A stretch of 64,000 nucleotides of DNA from Candidatus Izemoplasmatales bacterium (GTDB lineage: Bacteria > Bacillota_I > Bacilli_A > Izemoplasmatales > Hujiaoplasmataceae): assembly GCA_050949045.1 (NCBI GenBank), contig JBMNEZ010000001.1, forward strand, positions 832,001 through 896,000, written 5' to 3'. The notes below the pieces were generated by a model that made no database searches, was not told where the DNA came from, and saw only the letters and a list, made by a program, of their open reading frames with translations. The position numbers and the translations under genes are program-made. Shown one piece after another: positions 22,081 through 31,677 of this stretch (position 1 is its first letter; each line of letters opens with the position of its first letter).

Positions 22081-22103
22081 AAAAACCCCGAAATTATCGG
22101 GGC
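22081..22103 (-). terminator. Expression-platform terminator of the FMN riboswitch
   Basis: CCCCGATAATTTCGGGGTTTTT on the - strand. Confidence 0.75.
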
Positions 22104-22121
22104 AGTTCACAAAAAAGCAAG

Positions 22122-22225
22122 ACTTCTCACATCCAGACTCTACTGTCGGTTTAGGAATCGCACCTAATCATGCCTATGGCTCGCGGACTGTACCGCCGGT
22201 CGGGAATTTCACCCTGCCCCGAAGT
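22122..22225 (-). ncRNA. FMN riboswitch (RFN element)
   Basis: CTTCGGGGCAGGGTGAAATTCCCGACCGGCGGT...AGTCCGCG...CCGACAGTAGAGTCTGGATGTGAGAAG. Extended -10 TGGTATAAT at 22248-22256. Confidence 0.96.
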
Positions 22226-22273
22226 TTTTCGATTCAATTTCGCCTTGATTATACCAAAAAAGGACAGCCCAAG

Positions 22274-22921
22274 TCAAATGTTTTTCGCGATCGCTCTCAC
22301 AATGGATGCTTCGATTCCAAAAATCGGCAGCGGCAAGGCACAAAAGTAAAACCTGCTTCCCAGTGCCTTTGGGATCGAGAGGTTTTCTCCGATCAGGATG
22401 TCCTTGCCCAAAAGATCGCGATGCAGGCGGCCATCATCATCGTTCTCATAGGCCACCGTCGGCAGATCCGTAAACAATAATCCCATCTTCCTGTTGGCGA
22501 GTTGTTCACTGATCCCCACCTCGAAATAAGGATAAGCGCTGTAGTAGGATTCATCGCCCCAAGATTGTCCGTGCCCCGTACATAGAACGACGATCTCCGC
22601 TCGCTCCGTAAGTTTATCCAAGGCATCGATGATCGTTTCGGTGCCGATGACACCCCGAACGGGAGCGATGTCGATCCGCGAGGCGATTCCTATGAACCGG
22701 TTCACAGGGTAATCGGCCGCAGACTTCCCGCCGTTTAGAAAATGGGCGGGAAAATCAATGTGCGTGCCAAGATGCATCCCGGTGGCGATCTTTGTAAGCA
22801 AGTAGCCTTCGGAATCGAAATCAGCCATTTTGCTAATTTCTAGCGAGGGATCGCCGGGGAAAGGTTTTGAGTCAGTTTGAAGAAGACGGGACAAATCTAA
22901 CCAACCGTTTTCTAGTCGCAT
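22274..22921 (-). CDS. Cyclase family (kynurenine formamidase-like) protein
   Basis: PFPGDP, HLGTHIDFPAH (HxGTHxDxPxH), IGENL. Confidence 0.88.
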   Translation of the reverse strand: MRLENGWLDLSRLLQTDSKPFPGDPSLEISKMADFDSEGYLLTKIATGMHLGTHIDFPAHFLNGGKSAADYPVNRFIGIASRIDIAPVRGVIGTETIIDALDKLTERAEIVVLCTGHGQSWGDESYYSAYPYFEVGISEQLANRKMGLLFTDLPTVAYENDDDGRLHRDLLGKDILIGENLSIPKALGSRFYFCALPLPIFGIEASIVRAIAKNI

Positions 22922-22925
22922 TCGC

Positions 22926-25340
22926 TCATCTCCCCTGGTGGTACGGTTTTAATTTCCAGATTTTGTCTGCGTATTCTCTAATTGACCTGTCGGAAGAAAA
23001 ACAGCCGCTTTTGGCGATGTTAACGAGAGCAGCCTGCGCCCAGAATCGCTGATCCTTATAGGCGGCGTTCGCTTTTTCATGGGCTTCTTTGTAGGCATGG
23101 AAATCACGTAGAACGAAGAAACGGTCCTCAAGCCTCAACTTGTCGAAGATTTCCCTGAACTCATTGCGATCGACATCCTTGAAAAAACCATTGACGAGCA
23201 TGTCAAGCACTTTTTTGATCAGCGGGTCACGCTCATAAAGATCCAAAGGCCGGTAGGCTCCTTTTTGGCTGAGCTCGCCGACCTCTGCCGCCGAGAGGCC
23301 GAAGATGAAGATATTGTCGTCGCCGACGAGCTCGTGGATCTCGACATTGGCTCCGTCTTCGGTGCCGATCGTGAGCGCTCCGTTCATCATGAATTTCATG
23401 TTGCCGGTGCCGGAGGCCTCCTTGGAGGCGGTCGATATCTGTTCGGACAAGTCGCAAGCGGGCATGATCACTTCGGCATAGGAGACATTGTAGTTTTCGA
23501 CAAAGACGACCTTCAGGAAAGAATTGGTCTCTGGGTCATTGTTGACAAGGGTTTGGATCGTATTGATCAATTTGATGACTTTCTTGGCAAAATAATAAGT
23601 TGACGCGGCTTTCGCCCCGAAGATGAAGGTGTGGGGAACATAGTTTTGCCGAAAACTCCGATCAGTTTTAAGGCGGTCGTAGAGATACATGATGTGAAGA
23701 GCATTCAGAAGTTGACGTTTGTATTCATGAAGCCTTTTGACCTGGATGTCAAACAGCGAATCCGGATCGAGTTCGAGTCCCTGCTCGGCAAAGATCCTCC
23801 GAGCCAGCGCCGCTTTCTTCTTGCGCTTGACAATAAGAAACGCTTTTTGGAGAGCGAGATCGTCCTTGTGGCTCTCGAGCTGCGCGAGTTCGGCGGGATT
23901 CCTCCGCCATTTTGGGCCGATGTGGCAATCGAGCAATCCCGCTAGTTCCGGATTGGACTGGATCAGCCAGCGGCGATGGGTGATGCCGTTGGTCACGTTT
24001 GTGAATTTTCCCGGATATAGCTCATTGAACTCCTTCATCTCGATCGTTTTCAAGATTTCAGTATGGAGTCTCGCGACCCCGTTGACGGAGAAACTCGCGA
24101 CAATGCAAAGATGCGCCATCCGGATCTGGGTGCCGTCGATAATCGCCAGTTTCCGGACCAAACCGGGATTGTTGCGGGCAAAGCCTTGTTCCAGATAGGC
24201 AACGAAACGACGATTGATCTCCTCGATCAACTGATAGATCCTGGGCAACAAGGGCTCGAGGATCCTGATCGGCCATTGTTCCAGAGCCTCCGCGAGAATC
24301 GTATGGTTAGTATAGGCGACGGCATTCTGGACGATTTTCCAGGCATCGTCCCATTCCATGCCCTCTTCATCAAGAAGGATCCGCATCAACTCGGGAATCA
24401 CCAGGGTCGGATGAGTGTCGTTGATATGGAAGACGACATGCTTATCCAAGTCTTTCAGCGAACCGTATTTCTCCTTGTGTTTCCGGCAAATCGATTTGAC
24501 ACCGGCCGAACTCAAGAAATACTGTTGCATCAACCTGAGGCGCTTGCCGTCGTCAGTCGTGTCATCGGGATAGAGGAACCCGGATATATTCCGCAATTCC
24601 TCATGATACTCATATGGGGAAATGTGCTTGGGGTACTTGCGGGAAGGCTCGGCGTTCCAAAGCCTCAAATAGTTGACGATCCGGTTATGGTCGCCGACGA
24701 TGGGAATATCGTACGGCACTGCGCGGATGAACTCGCGCGGATGGTATTCCATTTTGCCATTGTATTCCACATGCCCGAAAAACATGACGTCTTCGGCTTC
24801 CTCTTCCCGCCTGATCTCGAAGACATAGCCGTCGGAAAGCCAGTTGTCGGGACGCTCCTCCTGATAACCGTTCTTGATTTTCTGGCGAAAAAGGCCGTAT
24901 TGATAGCGAAGGCATTGTCCAAAACCCGGCAAACCGAGCGATGCCAACGAATCGAGAAAACAGGCCGCCAAGCGGCCAAGGCCGCCGTTGCCGAGTCCGG
25001 GATCGGATTCATAGATCTCGACTTCGTTCAAGTCAATGCCGAGCTCGTTGAACGCCTCGTTGACAACATCCCAAAGACCCAGATTCATCAGATTGTTGGT
25101 GATGAGCCTGCCGAGCAAAAACTCGATGGAAAAATAATGGACGATTCGACCGTCATTTTGCTCGAGCAGTTCGTTGGTCTTAATCCAGTCAAAAGCGATA
25201 TGTTCCCTGACTAGCGTCCCGAGAACGTTGAAACGTTCTCTTACGCTCGAAAGAGAGACTTCTTTCTGGTATGTGGCGATCATTCTTGACGAGAAAGCTT
25301 CAATAAAGGCTTCTTTGGATCTAAATACAGATTGCTTCAT
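22926..25340 (-). CDS. glgP: Glycogen/starch phosphorylase
   Basis: GLGNGGLGRLAACFLDS, INDTHP, KRLHEYKRQ, EASGTGNMK. Confidence 0.97.
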   Translation of the reverse strand: MKQSVFRSKEAFIEAFSSRMIATYQKEVSLSSVRERFNVLGTLVREHIAFDWIKTNELLEQNDGRIVHYFSIEFLLGRLITNNLMNLGLWDVVNEAFNELGIDLNEVEIYESDPGLGNGGLGRLAACFLDSLASLGLPGFGQCLRYQYGLFRQKIKNGYQEERPDNWLSDGYVFEIRREEEAEDVMFFGHVEYNGKMEYHPREFIRAVPYDIPIVGDHNRIVNYLRLWNAEPSRKYPKHISPYEYHEELRNISGFLYPDDTTDDGKRLRLMQQYFLSSAGVKSICRKHKEKYGSLKDLDKHVVFHINDTHPTLVIPELMRILLDEEGMEWDDAWKIVQNAVAYTNHTILAEALEQWPIRILEPLLPRIYQLIEEINRRFVAYLEQGFARNNPGLVRKLAIIDGTQIRMAHLCIVASFSVNGVARLHTEILKTIEMKEFNELYPGKFTNVTNGITHRRWLIQSNPELAGLLDCHIGPKWRRNPAELAQLESHKDDLALQKAFLIVKRKKKAALARRIFAEQGLELDPDSLFDIQVKRLHEYKRQLLNALHIMYLYDRLKTDRSFRQNYVPHTFIFGAKAASTYYFAKKVIKLINTIQTLVNNDPETNSFLKVVFVENYNVSYAEVIMPACDLSEQISTASKEASGTGNMKFMMNGALTIGTEDGANVEIHELVGDDNIFIFGLSAAEVGELSQKGAYRPLDLYERDPLIKKVLDMLVNGFFKDVDRNEFREIFDKLRLEDRFFVLRDFHAYKEAHEKANAAYKDQRFWAQAALVNIAKSGCFSSDRSIREYADKIWKLKPYHQGR

Positions 25341-25397
25341 GGGATCACACCTCGCTAATTGATGATTCAGTGGCGTTTTACGGGGTTGATGGATAGA

Positions 25398-27824
25398 TCA
25401 ATCCTTTGAAAGCGCCATCCGGTAGAGTTCGATATAAGCTTTGGCCGTGTCTTCAGGATAAAAGCTGGAATTCATGGCATTGATGATCAACTGGCGCCAG
25501 ACGTGGGACGATGAATCAAAAATGTTGAGCGCATTCTCAATCTGGAAGATCAGATCGCGATGATCGTAGTTGTAGAATTTAAAGCCGTTTCCGCGTTTTG
25601 TGACTGCGTCAAACTGCTCAATCGTATCGTTCAGCCCACCGGTTTGTCTGACGATCGGGATCGTTCCGTACTTGAGAGCGATCATCTGGCTGGTCCCGCA
25701 CGGTTCGTAGCGGGACGGCATCAAGAAGGCATCCGCCCCGGCATAGATGTACGACGGTTCGGTCGAGTTATAGCCGATGTTCAGAGCAACTCTGTTTTTG
25801 TAGCGCTCGCCGAGTTGCTTGAGGCGGTTAATGTAGTTCTCGTCGCCGCTGCCAAGAATGACGAATTCGACCTTGGGATTCTTCAAGACCTCATCGATTG
25901 CCGGCAACAAGATGTCGAAGCCCTTTTGTTCAACGATGCGGCTGACCATGCCGATGACGAAGTACCCCTCGCCTTCGATGAGCCCCATCCTTTTCTGCAA
26001 GTCGAGCTTGTTCTTCTTCTTGGCGTCGAACACATTCACAAGCGTGTACTTCTCAGCGATGGTCAGATCCTTCCCCGGATCGATCTCCTCGTCAAGGCCG
26101 TTCAGGATGCCGTAGAAATCGCGGTCCCGCCGGTTGAGCGCTTCAACGAGATTCTTGGCATAATAGGCGTAGCGGAGTTCGTCACGGTAAGTCTCGGAAA
26201 CCGTCGTGATCAAAGAAGCGGTTTGAATGCCGATCTCTAAAAAGTTGATCTGTTGGAGGTTCGGCCACATGGATTCGATGCCAAGTCTGGCGAGGATCGT
26301 AGCGTCGTGGACTCCTTGGTATTCAACATTGTGGATCGTCAGGATGGTCTTTATCTTTCGATAACGTTCATCGTTCTTCAAGAGCCACGGCAACAGCCCC
26401 AGATGCCAATCATGGAAATGGATGATGTTGGGGACATCCTCAAAAACATCGAAAAAAGATAGCGCCGCCTTGGCGAAGAAGGCAAAACGGTCACCGTCGT
26501 CCTCGTATCCGTACAGACGATCGCGATCAAAGAAATCGTAGGCTTCAAGAAAATAAAAGTCGATGTTCTGATCGGTGTAGTGATAGAGTGAAACGCGGTG
26601 AGATTCGTTCCCATACGAAACTTGTCGTTCGGCCTTGAGTTCCAAAAACAGTTTAAACTTTTCTTTGATCCCCGAATACAGCGGCAACATCACCGCCGAA
26701 GGGAATCCGAGGGTAGCGTATTTGCGGGCAAGCAAGGCGACCACATCCGCCAAGCCGCCGGTTTTTGCGAAGGGATGGCATTCGGAGGTAACCTGCAAAA
26801 TCATCAGTTTTTGTCCGCCGGCAACGATCTGTTTCTTTTCGGACAAATACAATTGGTTCAGATCGCCGCTAACGATGGCTTCCTCCTTGACTATTGTCTG
26901 CTTGTCGAGAACCGCATACTCGACTTGGGCGTTTGCCTCGATCACGCACTGGTTCATGATGACGGCGTTTCTAACGACGGCCCCTTCCTTGATAACCGCC
27001 TTTCTGCCGATGATCGAGTTTTCGATTTGTCCGTGAATCACAGCTCCGGAAGCGATGATGCTGTTTTTTACCAAAGCGTTTTTTCCGTATCTCGCCGGCG
27101 CCGACATCGTCTCCTTGGAATAGATCGGCCGGTCCGGGCAGAACAACCGCTCCCGCGTTAATGGCATCAATAGCCGCATATTGACCTCATAGAAGGTAAA
27201 CGGACTGTCGATCAGATAGCAGTCGGAAGAAAACTCGAAATGGTGTTTCTTGATATTTGTCGCATAGTCGAAAACATCAGAGAGATTGCGAAACGGGAGC
27301 GTGTCATAACTTGTGATGTAATCCAGCAATAATTTCTTTGATAGGATGAAGGTTTTGATTCTCCGGTTGTCGTCGCTTAAGATCTCGGTGAGATCGGCTT
27401 CGGAAGCGAGATGCTCATCAAGGAGCATGCGATAATCGACATTCCAAACCAGATTGGCCGGAGAAACCATGGCGTAGTCCTGAGTCGACCGCAAGAAGTA
27501 CTCAAGGTGCTCGTACATCCTTTGAAAACTGATGGAATCCTCGAAAGTCAACGACATGGTCTTCGGAGGCAGGATGAAGATTCCGTCTTTCCGGCGGTTC
27601 AGGTCCCAACGGTCGCCCGATCCGATATGGTCGGCGAGCGAACGGTAATTGCCGTAAGGAAAAATCGCAACATTTGTGACATCGGAGTTCTTGCAGTTTG
27701 AAAGGGTGAAGTCGATCAATCGGTATTTGGCCCCAAAGGGAAGCGCTCCCGGAATCCGGTGGCGACAGAGCTTGTTGAAAGAGCCCTTGCTAGAGGCGTC
27801 GACAACCACGAACATATTAGCCAT
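25398..27824 (-). CDS. glgA: GlgD (ADP-glucose pyrophosphorylase regulatory subunit)-GlgA (glycogen synthase) fusion
   Basis: N-half: ALPFGAKYRLIDFTLSN, DHIGSGDRWDLNRRKDG and hexapeptide tail. C-half: SECHPFAKTGGLADV, HFHDWH, TIHN, PSRYEPCG. No stop codon between; ATG 27824 with GGAGG. Confidence 0.9.
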   Translation of the reverse strand: MANMFVVVDASSKGSFNKLCRHRIPGALPFGAKYRLIDFTLSNCKNSDVTNVAIFPYGNYRSLADHIGSGDRWDLNRRKDGIFILPPKTMSLTFEDSISFQRMYEHLEYFLRSTQDYAMVSPANLVWNVDYRMLLDEHLASEADLTEILSDDNRRIKTFILSKKLLLDYITSYDTLPFRNLSDVFDYATNIKKHHFEFSSDCYLIDSPFTFYEVNMRLLMPLTRERLFCPDRPIYSKETMSAPARYGKNALVKNSIIASGAVIHGQIENSIIGRKAVIKEGAVVRNAVIMNQCVIEANAQVEYAVLDKQTIVKEEAIVSGDLNQLYLSEKKQIVAGGQKLMILQVTSECHPFAKTGGLADVVALLARKYATLGFPSAVMLPLYSGIKEKFKLFLELKAERQVSYGNESHRVSLYHYTDQNIDFYFLEAYDFFDRDRLYGYEDDGDRFAFFAKAALSFFDVFEDVPNIIHFHDWHLGLLPWLLKNDERYRKIKTILTIHNVEYQGVHDATILARLGIESMWPNLQQINFLEIGIQTASLITTVSETYRDELRYAYYAKNLVEALNRRDRDFYGILNGLDEEIDPGKDLTIAEKYTLVNVFDAKKKNKLDLQKRMGLIEGEGYFVIGMVSRIVEQKGFDILLPAIDEVLKNPKVEFVILGSGDENYINRLKQLGERYKNRVALNIGYNSTEPSYIYAGADAFLMPSRYEPCGTSQMIALKYGTIPIVRQTGGLNDTIEQFDAVTKRGNGFKFYNYDHRDLIFQIENALNIFDSSSHVWRQLIINAMNSSFYPEDTAKAYIELYRMALSKD

Positions 27825-28956
27825 GTCGTTCGCCTCCTTGTCCCGAGGATGACTCAAGGTCACAAAGAGAGACAACCTCGGGCGTGAATCGGAATCCTTC
27901 AGGCAAAACTTGGTTGCGGTTCACGATCGCGTTTCTGATAACGGCATTTTTACAAATGCGAACTCCCGGAAGAATGACCGAATCCTCGATGATCGCGCCT
28001 TCCTCGACGATTGTCTTATACCCGATTGTCGAATGGATGACAGTCCCATTGATGATCGAACCGTCGGCGATCACGGAATTTACGATCCTGGCTTTATCCA
28101 ACACAATATGCGGAGGAAGATTCAGGGATTTTGAGTAAATCGGCAAGTTTCTTGATATGTTCAATGTCAAAAAATCAGGGTCATCGAGTAGATCCATATT
28201 CACTCGGTGAAGCGATTCGACAGTACCGACATCAGCCCAATAATCATCGAACTCGTAAACTGCGACATGGCGTTTTTCTTTTAGTGCTCGCGGAATGATG
28301 TTTTTCCCAAAATCGAAATCCGCTTCCGGGTTCGCCTCATTCAACATTGTTTTTAATACATCGGTGTTGAACAAATAGATTCCCATCGAAGCCATATTCG
28401 AGCGTGACTTCTTTGGTTTTTCCTGAAAGTCGATCAGTCTTTTTTCCGAATCGATTGTCATTATCCCGAAACGGGATGTCTCTGTTTCCTTCACTCTGGT
28501 TCCCGCGATCGTGATCTCGGCTCCGATTTCCTTATGGAAAGAAAACATCCGGTCATAATCCATCTTATAGATATGATCGCCGTAGAGGATCAATACATGC
28601 TCAGCGGCGTTTTCGGTGATGAAATTGAAGTATTGCTTGACGGCATCGGCGGTTCCCCGCTGCCAGAGAATGGTTTCATTCGTAGCGTAAGGCGTGAGAA
28701 AGCAGAGCCCCCCATCAATATTGTCGAGATCCCAGGAAGCTCCCGAGCCGATATAAGCCATCAATTCCTGTGGCTCGTATTGTGTGATTATGCCAACGAT
28801 ATCGATGTTGCTATTGGCGATGTTTGACAAAGTGAAGTCGATCAACCGATACTTCCCGCCAAAAGAAACAGCCGGCTTGGCGAGATCGCGGGTGATGCCC
28901 GCGAGCCTAGTTCCCTTGCCGCCGACCAAGATCATCGCAATCAGATCTTTTCTCAA
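27817..28956 (-). CDS. glgC: Glucose-1-phosphate adenylyltransferase catalytic subunit
   Basis: GGKGTRL, AKPAVSFGGKYRLIDF, GTADAV, GDHIYKMDY, EKP, YWADVGT; TTG start 28956 behind GAGG. Confidence 0.93.
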   Translation of the reverse strand: MRKDLIAMILVGGKGTRLAGITRDLAKPAVSFGGKYRLIDFTLSNIANSNIDIVGIITQYEPQELMAYIGSGASWDLDNIDGGLCFLTPYATNETILWQRGTADAVKQYFNFITENAAEHVLILYGDHIYKMDYDRMFSFHKEIGAEITIAGTRVKETETSRFGIMTIDSEKRLIDFQEKPKKSRSNMASMGIYLFNTDVLKTMLNEANPEADFDFGKNIIPRALKEKRHVAVYEFDDYWADVGTVESLHRVNMDLLDDPDFLTLNISRNLPIYSKSLNLPPHIVLDKARIVNSVIADGSIINGTVIHSTIGYKTIVEEGAIIEDSVILPGVRICKNAVIRNAIVNRNQVLPEGFRFTPEVVSLCDLESSSGQGGERHG

Positions 28957-28957
28957 A

Positions 28958-30835
28958 TCAATCGCCTCTTTCGCCTTGATACTTGAGAATGCTGAGGGCA
29001 AACGGCCCGACCACCAATTCGATCGCCTGATTCTGACGGTGGATATTTTCACTGAAAGAATGCAGGGGGAGACCGTTGTATTGTCCGGATCCGCTGTAGA
29101 TTTCCTTGTCGGAATTCAGTATTTCCTCATATACTCCCGCTAATGGCACACCGAGTTTAAAATGCTGGTGGGCAACCGGAGTCATGTTCATGACCACGAC
29201 TAACAAATCGTTTAACGAGGAAGACCTTCTGACAAAAGAGATAATCGATTGATCGCGGTTGTCGGCGTCGATCCAAGAGAAACCCCAAGGATCGTGGTCC
29301 AGTTCCGACAATGCCTTGTGATGATTGTAGACGGCCAAAAGGTCTTTGATGTAGCGGTTGGCCATGGCATGCATCGGATAGTTGAAGAGAATCCAGTCCA
29401 GTTCCTCTTTGTCCTTCCATTCATGCATCTGGGCAAACTCGCCGCCCATAAACAACAGCTTTTTGCCCGGATGGGTGAACAATAATCCGATCATAACCCG
29501 GAAATTTGCGAATTTCTGCCAGTAATCGCCCGGCATCTTGTCAACCAAAGCCCTCTTGCCGTGAACAACCTCGTCGTGTGAAAACGGCAAGATGAATCTT
29601 TCGGAATAAGCATAGACCATCCCGAAAGTAAGCAGATCATGATGATACTTGCGGTAAATGGGATCTTTTTGAAAGTATCTGAGAGTGTCATTCATCCAAC
29701 CCATATTCCATTTGTAGTCGAAGCCGATGCCGCCTTCAGCCACAGGATGGGTCAATTTGGGAAAGGTAGTCGAATCCTCGGCAAACATCAACAGCGAGTT
29801 GCTTCTTTCCTTGACGGCGAGGTTGAGTTCCTTAAGAAACCAGACGGCCCCCTCATTGACTCCCAGGGCAGAATTCCCAAGATAATAGATGATGTTGGAA
29901 ACCGCATCAATGCGGAACCCGTCGACATGGAAATAATCGATCCAAAAAATGGCGCTGGAAATCAGAAAGCTCCTAGTCGTTCCCCTGCCCAAATCAAGGT
30001 TGACGGTTCCCCAAATTTTGTTTTCGCGGATTTTCTCATCTTCATACTCGTAAAGAGGCTCGCCATCGAACATATACAAACCGTGGGCATCTTTACAGAT
30101 ATGCCCGGGCACCCAGTCAATGATGACGCCGATCGACTCCTGATGGCAGCGATCGATAAAATACATGAAATCCTTGGGAACGCCGTAACGGGAAGTGGCA
30201 GCGTAATATCCGGTCCCCTGATAGCCCCAAGACTCATCCAGCGGATGCTCGACGACGGGCATGATCTCGATATGAGTGAAGCCATGAGCCTTAACATAGG
30301 GGATTAAAAGGTCGACAAGCTCATTGTATTTGTGAAACGAGCCATCCGGCTTGGTCATCCAAGAACCAAGATGAACTTCGTAAATCGCCATGGGGCTTTG
30401 ATATTTGTTGGCGGCGTTCCTTCTTTCCAGATAGTCTTGATCATGCCAGAAATAGCCATCGATATCGTATGTTTTCGACGACGTTTCAGGCCGATTGTCC
30501 GCAAAGAAAGCATAAGGGTCGGCTTTGAACAAAGTCTTGTTCTTGCGGGTGACGATGCAGTACTTGTAGCGTTCCCATTCGCCAAGCCCTTTCACAAATA
30601 AAGAAAAAACACCGGAATTATCGGTCTTTTCGAGAACATGAGTCCTTGTATCCCAGTTGTTGAAGTCGCCGACAACGGAGACAATCTTGGCATGGGGAGC
30701 GTACACGGTAAACCTGACGCCGAGGATGCGTCCGTCAGAATCCTTCTCCAAGTGGGCTCCGAAATGCCGGAAAGCCTCTTTTAGCCTGCCTTCGTTAAAA
30801 AGAAAAAGATCGGCATCAGAAAGACGATACTCCAT
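28958..30835 (-). CDS. glgB: 1,4-alpha-glucan branching enzyme
   Basis: YEVHLGSW, SWGYQ, DGFRIDAV, AEDST, SHDEVVHGK. Confidence 0.97.
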   Translation of the reverse strand: MEYRLSDADLFLFNEGRLKEAFRHFGAHLEKDSDGRILGVRFTVYAPHAKIVSVVGDFNNWDTRTHVLEKTDNSGVFSLFVKGLGEWERYKYCIVTRKNKTLFKADPYAFFADNRPETSSKTYDIDGYFWHDQDYLERRNAANKYQSPMAIYEVHLGSWMTKPDGSFHKYNELVDLLIPYVKAHGFTHIEIMPVVEHPLDESWGYQGTGYYAATSRYGVPKDFMYFIDRCHQESIGVIIDWVPGHICKDAHGLYMFDGEPLYEYEDEKIRENKIWGTVNLDLGRGTTRSFLISSAIFWIDYFHVDGFRIDAVSNIIYYLGNSALGVNEGAVWFLKELNLAVKERSNSLLMFAEDSTTFPKLTHPVAEGGIGFDYKWNMGWMNDTLRYFQKDPIYRKYHHDLLTFGMVYAYSERFILPFSHDEVVHGKRALVDKMPGDYWQKFANFRVMIGLLFTHPGKKLLFMGGEFAQMHEWKDKEELDWILFNYPMHAMANRYIKDLLAVYNHHKALSELDHDPWGFSWIDADNRDQSIISFVRRSSSLNDLLVVVMNMTPVAHQHFKLGVPLAGVYEEILNSDKEIYSGSGQYNGLPLHSFSENIHRQNQAIELVVGPFALSILKYQGERGD

Positions 30836-30836
30836 G

Positions 30837-31640
30837 TCATCTTCTCCTTTCGAGGGTTTTCTTGATCAAAGAGTACTGGTAGCCTTTTGCCAGCAAACTC
30901 TTGATGATTTTCGTAGTGACTGCTTGTTTCGATTCGGTGGTTTTTTCATATCGTTTCTCAAGTTTTTGATAGTCCTTGTAAATTTCTTTCTCTTCGTCGA
31001 TTTGCTTGGAAAACTCGTTTTGATGAGCATCGACATAGGCGATAACGTCGGAGACTTCGTAACCCCTTGCGAGAAGATATCTTTTCATCTTTTCACTGGC
31101 AGCCTTCACCGATCCCGATTTCAGCGAGGGAAGTTTCTTTTGAAACAAGTATTCCAAATTGGCTTCCACATCTTCTTTATGAATCATAGCGACCGCGTTT
31201 TTCAACAATTGCCTTGGAAAGCCTCTTTGTTCGAGAGTAAAGAGGATTTTTTCCTTTCCGAAACGTTTTTCGTAAAACATCGATTCGACAAGATTTCTTG
31301 AAAAAACAGAATCATCGATCAGACCGATTTTTTTCAGTTTTGCCTTGATCAAAGAAGTGTCTTTCGGACTCGCTCCGCGTTCTGTCAGGTAAACATCTAT
31401 TTCTTTTTCCGAACGGGGAGCTGTCGCGGCATAACGCCTTGCCTTTTCAATCAAACCGTCAATGGCTTGGTCGGCTAAGAAAACCTTAAACCTATCAGAA
31501 TTGATTTCCTTCCCTCGAACAAGCCGGTAAGAAACAACCAGGTCCTCAGAACAGACAAAGGTCTTCTCGCTGCCGTCATCAAACATGAAAGTTACTTCAT
31601 ACTGGCGTTTTTTTCGTTTGAGAGCAGTTACTTTTGGCAT
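30837..31640 (-). CDS. recX: Regulatory protein RecX (long Firmicutes type)
   Basis: PRSEKEI, GLIDDSVF, G..KI...L.QRG, YLLARGY, LLAKGY three-helix repeats. Confidence 0.8.
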   Translation of the reverse strand: MPKVTALKRKKRQYEVTFMFDDGSEKTFVCSEDLVVSYRLVRGKEINSDRFKVFLADQAIDGLIEKARRYAATAPRSEKEIDVYLTERGASPKDTSLIKAKLKKIGLIDDSVFSRNLVESMFYEKRFGKEKILFTLEQRGFPRQLLKNAVAMIHKEDVEANLEYLFQKKLPSLKSGSVKAASEKMKRYLLARGYEVSDVIAYVDAHQNEFSKQIDEEKEIYKDYQKLEKRYEKTTESKQAVTTKIIKSLLAKGYQYSLIKKTLERRR

Positions 31641-31677
31641 GACATCACTTCCTTAAAAGAGCAATTTTAATTCCCGG

